Notes under the pieces: model-generated | Seen by the model: only the letters and a program-made list of their open reading frames with translations | What the model was told of the DNA's origin: nothing | Databases searched by the model: none | Part shown: positions 27,789 to 36,951 of the stretch, one piece after another | How positions within the stretch are numbered: position 1 is the first letter of the stretch | Layout of the letters: each line of letters opens with the position of its first letter | Virus record (IMG/VR): IMGVR_UViG_3300025718_000003 | Location: 1 to 55,884 of that record | Source: a virus | Taxonomy: Duplodnaviria; Caudoviricetes | Length of the DNA: 55,884 bases | Direction: 5' to 3' (one strand) | Made by a program: the position numbers and the translations under genes

Positions 27789-27854
27789 CATTTGATACCT
27801 TTCAAGGCTTCGGCCCTTTATATACAAGGGCGTAAAGGGATAGATTACATCATG
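27773..27854 (-). repeat. Second, inverted att-like half site (core plus arm)
   Basis: The reverse complement aligns without gaps to 1351-1432, 58/82 identical by hand count. Confidence 0.85.
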
Positions 27855-27933
27855 ACGGGGATAACAGTGGTTAAAATACGCGGTTTTTATGTCTTAAAAA
27901 TAACTTTGTACAATAGTATAAAAGAATATGAGC

Positions 27934-27965
27934 AGGCGGGGGAGCAATAACCCCCGTCTTTCTTT
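27934..27965 (+). terminator. Terminator-like hairpin upstream of the terL operon
   Basis: AGGCGGGGG-agcaataa-CCCCCGTCT followed by TTCTTT. Confidence 0.5.
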
Positions 27966-27978
27966 ATGGGGGTGTACT

Positions 27979-28197
27979 ATGGAATTGACTAAAAAAGAAG
28001 AACGGTTAGCCGAGTTATTGGCCAAAACCCCAGGCGAGAGCCTTAATATAGGCTATGTTTGCAGCACACTTAGGACAACGCCGCGTATGCTATTAAGTAA
28101 GACGCTTCCGGGGTTACGTGCAAAGCTGGAAGCACACGCTACAGAGCAGCAGCTAACCGCAGCAAGAAAGGCGGCCAATTATGGCGCCAGTACCTAA
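27979..28197 (+). CDS. Small HTH-like hypothetical protein
   Basis: GGGGG RBS before ATG 27979. Overlaps the terL start. Confidence 0.6.
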   Translation: MELTKKEERLAELLAKTPGESLNIGYVCSTLRTTPRMLLSKTLPGLRAKLEAHATEQQLTAARKAANYGAST

Positions 28198-29857
28198 CAC
28201 GGAATTCGATTACCGGGAGGACGTAGACCCGATAAGTGGGGCACCTGTCATAATATCCGTACCTAAGACAGTAAGGGCCGCGCTAGAGGGTATACCATAC
28301 GCAGTTATTAACGACATTGCCGAGTTATTCCAGCCCGACCGCTTACGGGAAGCTTGGCGCATACTACGGCGTAACGACCCATTCGACTACCAACTAGAAA
28401 TAGCTGACGCAATTATATACAGCTGCGTCAATTACCTGGGCTGGTTATTCGTGGTAATGATAAGCCGCCAGGCAGGTAAAAATGAGATAAGCGCATTTAT
28501 AGAACATTATTTACTGCTGTATGGCTACGTATGCGGGGTGCCCGTATCGGGTGTAAAGTTTGCCCCTGTACATAAGCCCCAGGTACAGGCTTCGAAAGAT
28601 AGGCTAGAAGGTAGCGACACGGTAGAGGGTAATGGACTAGCTGGCTGCTTGCTTACTAAAAATCTATGGAAGTCGGCAGACGGTTTTAAGTATCATATAG
28701 GCCCGCCCCGCGATAGTAACAAATGGGTATTCTTGTCTATTAATCCTAGCGCTAGCGTCGCTTCACAAACAGCCCTTACGCTGCTGGAAGGCGACGAAGC
28801 CCAGGACATAGATACTAACAAGTGGGAACGTGATGCCCAGCCCATGGCCAGCTTTAGAAATGCTACTACAGTCTTTTATGGTGTAACCTGGACTAAGGGC
28901 TGCCATATTGAGAAAGCCAAGAACCAGGCGTATGACATGGAAGTTCGGCTAGAAGCAGAATTAGGGTACAGGCCGAAGCTAGTATTTAAGGTGGACGCCC
29001 TGGCCGTAATACGCAGCGGTAACGCCTTCTACAAAAAGGCGTTCGAAAGTCAGCTAGCCAGGTTAGGCCCCGATCATATAGCTATACAGACGCAGTACTT
29101 ACTAAATGCGGTAGATACAATCGGTAAATTCTTTACAGTAGAGCATAGGGCGCGAATGTATGCCAATACCCACCGTATGAGGGTAGGCCCCGACCCTAAA
29201 AGCATATACGTATTCAGCGTAGACGTAGCGGGCCAGGAAGAAGAAGTAACCGAGATAGACGAGGTAGAGGTAGGCTGTCATAAGCGCGACGGAATAGTGC
29301 TACTTATAGGGGAACTTCAAACAGACGGTACAGTCGTGCCCGTATGTATTTATCAATGGGTAGGTATAGCGCATAGTAAACAGCGCGATCAAATACTAGC
29401 CATTATAAAACATTGGCGCTGCATAGGCGGCGCGGCCGACGCTACAGGCATAGGCGAAGCGTTAGCCTACTACCTAATAGAGAAGCTTCCACGGCTGGAA
29501 GTCGAAGCTTATAAATTTAAGGCCCAGGGCGACGAGAATAAGAGTAAATTGGGCTACCTGGCCTACAACTACGTAGCTGCTGACAAAATAAAGATACCAC
29601 CTAGACCAATAAACGACCCCCTACAGGCAGAATTATGGGACGAGTTAAAATGGCAGGTAGAAGAACTGGTACGAGTGGCTAAGAAGCAGCAAAGTATTAA
29701 TTTCCACGTACCAGCTAACGCGATACCCCGTAAAATAGGACATCAAGCGCATGACGATTTAGTTATGGCGCTTTTTTTGCTTATTAGGGCTGCTTTTATC
29801 ATTAAAAACCCTAACCTGAGACAGGCGAAGGCTATAGACAGAAACCAAATAATGTAG
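28181..29857 (+). CDS. terL: Terminase large subunit
   Basis: SRQAGKN Walker A, DEAQD Walker B, nuclease motifs DVAG, DATGIG and HDDLVMA. Confidence 0.93.
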   Translation: MAPVPNTEFDYREDVDPISGAPVIISVPKTVRAALEGIPYAVINDIAELFQPDRLREAWRILRRNDPFDYQLEIADAIIYSCVNYLGWLFVVMISRQAGKNEISAFIEHYLLLYGYVCGVPVSGVKFAPVHKPQVQASKDRLEGSDTVEGNGLAGCLLTKNLWKSADGFKYHIGPPRDSNKWVFLSINPSASVASQTALTLLEGDEAQDIDTNKWERDAQPMASFRNATTVFYGVTWTKGCHIEKAKNQAYDMEVRLEAELGYRPKLVFKVDALAVIRSGNAFYKKAFESQLARLGPDHIAIQTQYLLNAVDTIGKFFTVEHRARMYANTHRMRVGPDPKSIYVFSVDVAGQEEEVTEIDEVEVGCHKRDGIVLLIGELQTDGTVVPVCIYQWVGIAHSKQRDQILAIIKHWRCIGGAADATGIGEALAYYLIEKLPRLEVEAYKFKAQGDENKSKLGYLAYNYVAADKIKIPPRPINDPLQAELWDELKWQVEELVRVAKKQQSINFHVPANAIPRKIGHQAHDDLVMALFLLIRAAFIIKNPNLRQAKAIDRNQIM

Positions 29858-29872
29858 AAAGGGGGCCTTTTA

Positions 29873-31426
29873 ATGGCAATAGCCGCAGCAGTACCTGTAG
29901 CTTTATCCCTGGCCATAGGCGCGCCAGCATGGGCACAGGATAACGGGGTGTGGTTACGGACGCTAATCACGAAACATAGTAACTACCTTAACGAAGAAGG
30001 TATATTAGCCTACCAGGCAGCGTATGACGGCGACCTAGAGAGTATAACCAGGCGCGAAAAAGACCGGGGCGATAGTATCAATAATAAGCTGCAAGTAAAC
30101 CTATCCCAGCTGATTATTGATACCGTAGTAGACTATTTGACCGGGAAGCCGATAGTATGGACGGTAGAAGATAGCGAAGAAGTCGCAGACAAAACCCTGC
30201 TGGAAGAATACCGTAAAACTATTATTCCACTACTACGTAAGAACGAAGCACAGCTAGTATTAGCCGAACTACTACGTCAGGGAAGTATAGGCGGGTACGG
30301 CGCAGTAATTGCATGGGTAGATGAAAACGGTAAAATTGATTTTAATGAGTACCCGCTTAACGAGGTTATACCCGTATACGATACGAAAGGTCGCCTATGT
30401 ATGGTAGTACGCTACTACGTATTCGCTGTAGCCGACATTAACGGTCAGGAAATAGTACAGACACGGGCCGAAGTATACGACGAAAAGTACGTAACCTATT
30501 ATATCGGTAACGACGGTGGCGATGGCTTCGAACTAGACGCCGACGAAATACCGACAGGGAACCCGGTAGAGCATAGGGCGGGCCGTATTCCAGTAGCTAT
30601 ATTTACAAATGGGACGCCTGCCAGGTACATAAAGCGCTTACTACGTGGCGGCGTTAGCGACTTAGGTAACGGTGTTTTAACATTGCTGGAAGCTTACGCC
30701 CACGGCATGAGTGATAAGGCCAATTACGTAGAATACCTACAGGACGCTTATCTGCTGCTTAAAGGGGTAGATGTAGACGAGAGAGAGGTTATAAAAATGC
30801 GGAAGGCTAGGGCGCTGGCCCTTACTTCCGTAGAGAGCGACGCGTCTTTCATAGCGCAAGACCAGGAAGACAAGGCGGTAGAAAACCATTTAGACCGCAT
30901 ACGCGATACTATACACGATCAGACACAAATACCCCGGCTAAACGATATAAGCGGTACTACAGCGACCGAAGTAAAAATGAAGTACGTACCCCTGGACATA
31001 AAGGCAGGAAAAAAAGAATTATACTTCACTTCGGCAGTAAAACAGCTGACGGCCATTATTACTGATATGCTGAACGCGAAGCGCCTAGTAGACGCGGGTG
31101 TAGCTGACGAAGACATACATAGCATTATATCGGGCATGGTTGAAACAAAGACAGCCCTTTTTAATGCGGAATGGCTGCAATTCACGGTAAGCCGCAATTT
31201 GCCGCAGAACTTTAAAGAAATTGCCGATATTGTTACTGAATTGTCGGGCAAAGTACCCGACGCTTATCTGTATGAATTACTATGGTTTATAGACGACCCA
31301 GTAGCAGCCCTGGAAGAAATGAAGAAACAGACCCAGGCTACGGCAGATATGACCGCTTCTACAGCTTTAGGCTTCGGGGCTGGTTTTGCTGGTACTGGCG
31401 TAGTAGATAGCACGGGCACCGCATAA
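29873..31426 (+). CDS. Portal protein (SPP1 gp6-like)
   Basis: NNKLQVN...IIDTVVDYLTGKP, SDL and RNLP.N motifs. Confidence 0.92.
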   Translation: MAIAAAVPVALSLAIGAPAWAQDNGVWLRTLITKHSNYLNEEGILAYQAAYDGDLESITRREKDRGDSINNKLQVNLSQLIIDTVVDYLTGKPIVWTVEDSEEVADKTLLEEYRKTIIPLLRKNEAQLVLAELLRQGSIGGYGAVIAWVDENGKIDFNEYPLNEVIPVYDTKGRLCMVVRYYVFAVADINGQEIVQTRAEVYDEKYVTYYIGNDGGDGFELDADEIPTGNPVEHRAGRIPVAIFTNGTPARYIKRLLRGGVSDLGNGVLTLLEAYAHGMSDKANYVEYLQDAYLLLKGVDVDEREVIKMRKARALALTSVESDASFIAQDQEDKAVENHLDRIRDTIHDQTQIPRLNDISGTTATEVKMKYVPLDIKAGKKELYFTSAVKQLTAIITDMLNAKRLVDAGVADEDIHSIISGMVETKTALFNAEWLQFTVSRNLPQNFKEIADIVTELSGKVPDAYLYELLWFIDDPVAALEEMKKQTQATADMTASTALGFGAGFAGTGVVDSTGTA

Positions 31427-31438
31427 GGGGGCTAGATC

Positions 31439-32962
31439 ATGGCCGATGAATTAGACGCCAGGGTATTAGCCAGGCGGCAAAAGGATATAAGCGGCTGGGT
31501 AGACGACTACGAGGTACTTATGCAGCGGCGGGCGCTCAAATTCGGGGATAAAATAGCCCCGATATGGCAGCGAACAGCCCAGCGGTTAGATAAGGAAATA
31601 CGCAGCCTGCTACTACAGTATTCGAACCCCGATGGTACCCTAAGCGAAGCAAAGCTTCGGACAATGGGCTACAAAATAGCTAATATGGACAAGCTGCGGC
31701 AAAGCATACTACAAAACCTAGGGCAGACCACGGCCCCACTAACCGAAGGGCTGGGGAACGCGATAGGCTACGAATATGTTAGAGCCATTAACTACACAGC
31801 CTACGGACTAGAGCAAGCGGCCCAGGTAGCCATAAACGTACCGCAGGTAACAGCAGCCCAGGTAATGGGCGTAATAAATAACCCTTGGCTACCCGATGGT
31901 AAGAATTACAGCGACCGAATAAGACAGAACACGCAGTACCTGGCCGACAAAATGTATAATTCCATAGGCCGCGGCGTAACGGAAGGCTGGGACGTTAACA
32001 AAACCGCCCGCGAAATACAAAGAACAGCGGGCGAAGGGTATTTTAATTCGGTACGCCTGGCCCGTACAGAATTTACTAGGGCAGCTTCCCAGGGCGCCAG
32101 TCAATTGTATATGGAAAACAGCGACGTACTGGACGGTAAGCGCTGGAACGCTACGCTAGACAGCAGGACGGCAGCCAGGGACGCCAGGAACGACGGTAAA
32201 GTATATCAGTTAGAGTATGACACTCCCGAAATACCCGGTAAACCAGGGGAAAGAATTCCTAATCATCCACATTGCCGCTGCCGCTGGACGCCGATACTTT
32301 CGGCGCTAGGTATAAGCACAAAAGAGCGCATAGCCAGGGGCGACGGCGACACGGCCGACAGCTTCGGGGAACGGATTTACACGAAAGCCCGAACCTACGA
32401 AGACTACGCTAAGGAACGCGGCCTACCCGACCTAAACGAGCGGATAGCCAGCGAAAAACCTACTACGTACCTACGGGCAGGCGAAAGCTTCGGCGCGCAA
32501 GTCGGTAAAGTTTACACTAACCCTACGCCAGCGCCTGCGGTAGTAGTAACTACGGCGGCCACTGCTACAGCGTCTACTACGTATACGCCGCTTAACGACG
32601 TAAAGAAAGCGACGGCCTGGGCAGAGGATAACTTACCGATTGACTACGTAAATTATAAAGGCTTCGACCCTAAAATGGCTGACGAGATTAATGCGGGTGT
32701 ACAGCAGCTTTATACTAGGTACCCCGAAATGAAGGGGCGTACCAAGTGGCTAGGAACTTCACAGGAACGTAATAGGCAGTACACGCAGCGACGAGTAGAC
32801 GAAATTATGAAGGACTATTTAGAAAGCTACAAAGACAAGCCGCTGCCTTTCACAGAAGAAGCTTACCGAAAGGCTGCTACTAAGCGCATAAAGCCAAAAC
32901 CTACAGGCGCCCATACAGTAGCGGAAAGCACGACTAAAGCCTGGGGGCGCAGGAAGGTATAG
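31439..32962 (+). CDS. Minor head protein (MuF / SPP1 gp7) with C-terminal extension cut by a frameshift
   Basis: RLARTE, WNATLDSRT and HPHCRC motifs. Confidence 0.88.
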   Translation: MADELDARVLARRQKDISGWVDDYEVLMQRRALKFGDKIAPIWQRTAQRLDKEIRSLLLQYSNPDGTLSEAKLRTMGYKIANMDKLRQSILQNLGQTTAPLTEGLGNAIGYEYVRAINYTAYGLEQAAQVAINVPQVTAAQVMGVINNPWLPDGKNYSDRIRQNTQYLADKMYNSIGRGVTEGWDVNKTAREIQRTAGEGYFNSVRLARTEFTRAASQGASQLYMENSDVLDGKRWNATLDSRTAARDARNDGKVYQLEYDTPEIPGKPGERIPNHPHCRCRWTPILSALGISTKERIARGDGDTADSFGERIYTKARTYEDYAKERGLPDLNERIASEKPTTYLRAGESFGAQVGKVYTNPTPAPAVVVTTAATATASTTYTPLNDVKKATAWAEDNLPIDYVNYKGFDPKMADEINAGVQQLYTRYPEMKGRTKWLGTSQERNRQYTQRRVDEIMKDYLESYKDKPLPFTEEAYRKAATKRIKPKPTGAHTVAESTTKAWGRRKV

Positions 32963-33420
32963 GCTTTAACGAAAAATTCGCCAAAGACTACGCCCTTATG
33001 GAAACAAGTAACGCCCGATCTGTACAAAGCGGCTGGCACCCTGCAGGTACTGAAAGCCCAGTAAGTAACTTTACCCATGAATTCGGGCACCAAATAGATA
33101 ACCTTATAACTGAAAAAAACCAAAGGGGCGAACTAAACACTTTATGGGATAAGTGGCGTAAGGACACACTAATCACTAGGCGCGGCACAATCGTGGAAGC
33201 CGAAACGCTTAGTAAGTATGCAGCCACTAACTCGAAAGAGTTTATAGCCGAAGGCTTTAGCGAGTATATCCATAACCCAAACCCGCGGCCAGTGGCCAAA
33301 GAGATAGGCGCAGCTGTAGAAAGGGCCTTCGAAAACATTCGAGAAGCCGAGCAAGCAAACAAAGAGTACTTAAAAAGCGCTGAATACCTGGCTAAACTAA
33401 AAAGGAGGGGCTTGGATTGA
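32938..33420 (+). CDS. Zincin-like metallopeptidase domain, -1 frame continuation of MuF
   Basis: HEFGH and SKYAATNSKEFIAE motifs. The frame is open from 32938 and no clear RBS precedes ATG 32998. Confidence 0.7.
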   Translation, partial: SLGAQEGIGFNEKFAKDYALMETSNARSVQSGWHPAGTESPVSNFTHEFGHQIDNLITEKNQRGELNTLWDKWRKDTLITRRGTIVEAETLSKYAATNSKEFIAEGFSEYIHNPNPRPVAKEIGAAVERAFENIREAEQANKEYLKSAEYLAKLKRRGLD

Positions 33421-33605
33421 CAACTGAACAGCCTAATTTTATCAATAGCCCTTACTTCGTCGGGGAACCAGGTAACTGGCATTTAAAAGCTGGGGCACCC
33501 GCTGACGTAGAAGAAGAATTTACGTTATTCATGCAAGACCTAGCGGGTAACGAACCCCCGCAGCGGCCCAGCGTAGAAGACATACTACGCGACTTATCTA
33601 AATAA
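33417..33605 (+). CDS. Small acidic protein after the MuF extension (candidate immunity protein)
   Basis: AGGAGG RBS, coupled to the upstream stop, W.LK.GAP..V.EEF. Confidence 0.6.
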   Translation: MTTEQPNFINSPYFVGEPGNWHLKAGAPADVEEEFTLFMQDLAGNEPPQRPSVEDILRDLSK

Positions 33606-33609
33606 CAAC

Positions 33610-33742
33610 ATGGCCGCCGCTGGTAAAGCTAGTATAGAGACGGTATACCGTCGCTGCTACAGGGTAGCCCATACGCCGCCCCGTAAATTCGGATAAGGCT
33701 GCAAGCTTACGACATAGCAGGCCAGCCAGAGCAGGTGGCCAT
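33610..33742 (+). ncRNA. Putative multibranch structured RNA of unknown class
   Basis: Nested stems ATGGCCGCC/GGTGGCCAT, GCTGG/CCAGC and GCTA/TAGC enclose three hairpins. A terminator follows. Confidence 0.5.
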
Positions 33743-33754
33743 AAACTCACATGT

Positions 33755-33776
33755 AACGGCTTCGGCCGTTTTTCTT
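33755..33776 (+). terminator. Intrinsic terminator
   Basis: AACGGC-TTCG-GCCGTT followed by TTTCTT. Confidence 0.8.
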
Positions 33777-33870
33777 ATTTCCGTACCGCTTACGCGGGCA
33801 TGGCGTTTACCTGGAACGCATGATAAACAGGGCATAAATGGGCGACGGCCCTAAAACGGGAGGTATTACC

Positions 33871-34638
33871 ATGAACAAACTGCAGAGATTGCAGGCCGAC
33901 TACCAGGCGGGAAAAGTAAATAAGGCCGACTACCTGGCAAAGCTTACGGCGCTGCTCACAGCGGAAGACATCGACCAAAAAGAGCATGATACAGCTGTAG
34001 AGTACGACCCAGCAGATCCCGACGACGTACCGCGCTATTCGCAGAACGAAGTAGACCGGGTTATAGCAAAGAAAGCGCGAACGGTAGTACGGCAAGCGTT
34101 AAAAGCTGCGGGCGTGACATTAGACCCTGCAACTATTAACGATAAGAACCTTTTTGAACAGGTAGCATTAATGGTACAGGCGGGCCAGGGTAAACTACCA
34201 AGCGAAAGCGAAGTACAAAAGCAGCTGAAAGAAGCGACCGACAAGCTAGCCAAAGTAGGCGAAGCTGGCAGCACTATACAGCGGCTAACCCTAGAAAACG
34301 CCGTGCTTAAAATGACGGGGAAACATAAACCTGTAAATCCCGCCCAGGTTGTACGAGCGCTGGCCGATTATAGCGACCATATCGAATACGATGACGATGG
34401 TAAGCTAGTAGGTAAGAGCGTAGAAAAGGCTATTCGCAAGATGGCCGAAGCAGAACCTAACCTATTCGCAGCTGCTACAGGCGAAGAAGACGACGACGGC
34501 AGCGGAGCAGGCGCGGGCTTCAAAGGTAAACCACCAGGGGGCGGCGCCCCGGCAGCAGGCACTGCCGCAGCTGCTAAACATGCAGCCCTAAAGAAAGAAG
34601 CCCTAAGCATGTTAGGCATTACCAAAGAGGAAAAATAA
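33871..34638 (+). CDS. Capsid scaffolding protein
   Basis: YSQNEVD motif, coiled coil, EPNLF and a Gly-rich tail. Lies before the capsid genes. Confidence 0.8.
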   Translation: MNKLQRLQADYQAGKVNKADYLAKLTALLTAEDIDQKEHDTAVEYDPADPDDVPRYSQNEVDRVIAKKARTVVRQALKAAGVTLDPATINDKNLFEQVALMVQAGQGKLPSESEVQKQLKEATDKLAKVGEAGSTIQRLTLENAVLKMTGKHKPVNPAQVVRALADYSDHIEYDDDGKLVGKSVEKAIRKMAEAEPNLFAAATGEEDDDGSGAGAGFKGKPPGGGAPAAGTAAAAKHAALKKEALSMLGITKEEK

Positions 34639-34654
34639 GTAGGGGGTATTATTC

Positions 34655-35044
34655 ATGGCTGATACAACTATTAGACATTACAACGCTACCGCTGGCCGGG
34701 AAATCAAAGCTAGTGCCCATTATGCGTACATTACTACGGGTATCACGCTTGACGGTAGTAAATTCGCAATAAACGAATTGGTACTTGAAGGCACCTGTTT
34801 AGTAAAAGACAATACCAGCGGCCTGTATGAGAAGTACGCAGACGCTACCGGGGCTTTCCCAGCAGGGAAGTCTAATCCTGTTATCCTAGACGAGAGCATT
34901 AAATTTAGGGCCGACGACGACGGGGATAACCCGAACGTAACCGCGGGCCAAGTAATGGTACACGGCGCTGTATACAATGGTATGCTCATAGGAGCTACGG
35001 CAGCCTTCAAAACGGCGCTGCAGGGCTTCATTCGTTTCGTCTAA
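34655..35044 (+). CDS. Head decoration protein
   Basis: Size and position between scaffold and major capsid genes. GT.L...SG.Y..Y pattern. Confidence 0.7.
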   Translation: MADTTIRHYNATAGREIKASAHYAYITTGITLDGSKFAINELVLEGTCLVKDNTSGLYEKYADATGAFPAGKSNPVILDESIKFRADDDGDNPNVTAGQVMVHGAVYNGMLIGATAAFKTALQGFIRFV

Positions 35045-35079
35045 TACATAGTAAAAATAAATTTAGGGGGCTTACATAT

Positions 35080-36084
35080 ATGGCTGGTTTAGCACAATAT
35101 AGCGAATTCTTCACCAATCCACTATTCACGGAGACGATCAAAGAGATACCCGTAAAAACCGGGTATATCGGCAGCCGCTTTTTGCCGAACGAAGATACCT
35201 ACGATATTGATTTTAACGAGACAGTACTAACCCGCCAGGCTGATATGGCCGACATTGTAGACAGCGGCGCCGAATTGCCTTTAACTGACCGCGACCCTGT
35301 ACGCAGAGTAAGCGGCGAAATTACAGACATTGGCCAGTCGTACATTGTCACTAAGAAGGAATTAGCAGCCTTACAGGACAAAGGCAACGCAGGCCGTCGC
35401 CGTATCGCAGAAAGGCAATTGCTGGGCAAAGCGGCGCTAATCAAGGGTAATCTTGATGCACGTATTGAGTGGATGAAATGGCAGGCCCTGGGTACTGGTC
35501 AGCTGGCATACAATAAGGGCGGTATTGCGTTGGGCGTAGACTTTGGCGTAACCAATATCGAAGTGGCAGCCATAAAGTGGAACGGTACAAACCCTACCAT
35601 TTTGCTGGATTATGAAGCCTGGGTACAGGACTACGTAGACCTTAACGGCTTTAGCCCGGATATTTATGTAACGTCCATTGCTGCGATTAGGGTAATGATG
35701 AATGACGTCGCGTTACGTAAGGCTATTACCGGGTATTCTGACAAGGTTTTGACTATTGCCGAATTGAATACCTTCCTGGTTAGTCGCCAAATGCCTAAAG
35801 TCGAAGCGTTCGATAGCCTAGTAACTTATCGCGACGTTGATAGCGGCGGTGCCCGTGTCACGCAGCGTTTACTAGACGCTAAGAAAGGCGTGTTTTTGAA
35901 AGAGGGCGGCGAAATTGGTAGCCTGCTTATGGGGCCGACCGTAGAAAACGGTATGAACCCTGGCGTATATGCCCATACAATCGACCAGCAGCGGCCTATG
36001 CGTTCCATCATCGAAGTGGTAGCCGCAGCCTTCCCTAAAATCCTGGAACCAAACTACATTACCATTACTACCGTATTAGCATAA
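35080..36084 (+). CDS. Major capsid protein (lambda gpE-like)
   Basis: RIEWMKWQALGTG and VDFG motifs, 334 aa, position. Confidence 0.9.
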   Translation: MAGLAQYSEFFTNPLFTETIKEIPVKTGYIGSRFLPNEDTYDIDFNETVLTRQADMADIVDSGAELPLTDRDPVRRVSGEITDIGQSYIVTKKELAALQDKGNAGRRRIAERQLLGKAALIKGNLDARIEWMKWQALGTGQLAYNKGGIALGVDFGVTNIEVAAIKWNGTNPTILLDYEAWVQDYVDLNGFSPDIYVTSIAAIRVMMNDVALRKAITGYSDKVLTIAELNTFLVSRQMPKVEAFDSLVTYRDVDSGGARVTQRLLDAKKGVFLKEGGEIGSLLMGPTVENGMNPGVYAHTIDQQRPMRSIIEVVAAAFPKILEPNYITITTVLA

Positions 36085-36092
36085 CCAAATAA

Positions 36093-36127
36093 AAGGGGCG
36101 TATTAATCATACGCCTCCTATTTTTTG
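36093..36127 (+). terminator. Intrinsic terminator after the capsid gene
   Basis: AGGGGCGTAT...ATACGCCTCCT hairpin followed by a T7 run. Confidence 0.7.
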
Positions 36128-36143
36128 TATAGGGGGACTTAAA

Positions 36144-36551
36144 TTGAGTATTCGAATGTTAGTAAACAGTAAATATAATGGCGCCAGGGTACCAGCTGGC
36201 GAGGTCGTGGACTACGGCGAAGAAATTAACAAACAGTTAATCACCGAAGGAAGCGCGGAAGCGGTCACAGGTGGCGCAGAAGACGCGGTAGGGGCTACCC
36301 CTACCGATACTATTCAAGGCGGTAAAAATAGCGAGGACGGCAAATCCACCGCGGAAGAACAGGAAGCGGCGGCCGTAGCTGCAGCCGAAGCCGTGGCCCT
36401 GGTAAGAAAAGCCCTAGAAAGCCAGTATAAAAAGGACGAATTAGTAGAAGCAGCTTTTAAGGTGGGCGTAGAATTCCCAACAGAAGCTACTAAAGCCGTT
36501 ATTATCGAAGCCGCAGTAGCCCAAGGGAAAGCCGAAGCGCTACTAAAGTAA
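36144..36551 (+). CDS. Head-associated hypothetical protein
   Basis: Position. C-terminal K.ELVE.A...GVE....ATK (HeH-like) motif. Confidence 0.65.
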   Translation: MSIRMLVNSKYNGARVPAGEVVDYGEEINKQLITEGSAEAVTGGAEDAVGATPTDTIQGGKNSEDGKSTAEEQEAAAVAAAEAVALVRKALESQYKKDELVEAAFKVGVEFPTEATKAVIIEAAVAQGKAEALLK

Positions 36552-36564
36552 AGGAGGCGCTAGT

Positions 36565-36951
36565 ATGTCATATGTAACAGCTACAGAATTGCCCGCCTTA
36601 TACCCTACAGCCCTTAGTATGGACGCTGGGGACGTTACTAAATTCCTGGGCAGGGCTAACGCCTACGCCGTCGGAATTATAGGCGGCGTTCTTCCAACTA
36701 CAGCCTACAGCGACCAGCTGCCTATTACAGCGGTAAAAGACGCGGTAAGCCTGGCCTTCGAAATAATGTCAAAGGGCCTTACAGGGGCGGCCGACAGTTT
36801 GACGGGTAACATTACCGAGTTAGGCCCTACGGGATTATACGCCAAAGCGCCCGATCCCCTAAAGACGGTAGACGCTATGTTAGCACCGTACGCCGCAGCT
36901 TATGACCGTCGTAATACGGTAACTTCCGAACGCGGCGTACGCTTTTTGTAA
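36565..36951 (+). CDS. Head-tail connector protein
   Basis: MSYVT..EL N-terminus and position. Confidence 0.7.
   Translation: MSYVTATELPALYPTALSMDAGDVTKFLGRANAYAVGIIGGVLPTTAYSDQLPITAVKDAVSLAFEIMSKGLTGAADSLTGNITELGPTGLYAKAPDPLKTVDAMLAPYAAAYDRRNTVTSERGVRFL

Noticed and set aside
33610-33742. tRNA gene
   Set aside because: Cloverleaf-like branching, but no T-loop GTTCGA, no D-loop consensus and no proper acceptor stem. No tRNA was recognised elsewhere in the window.
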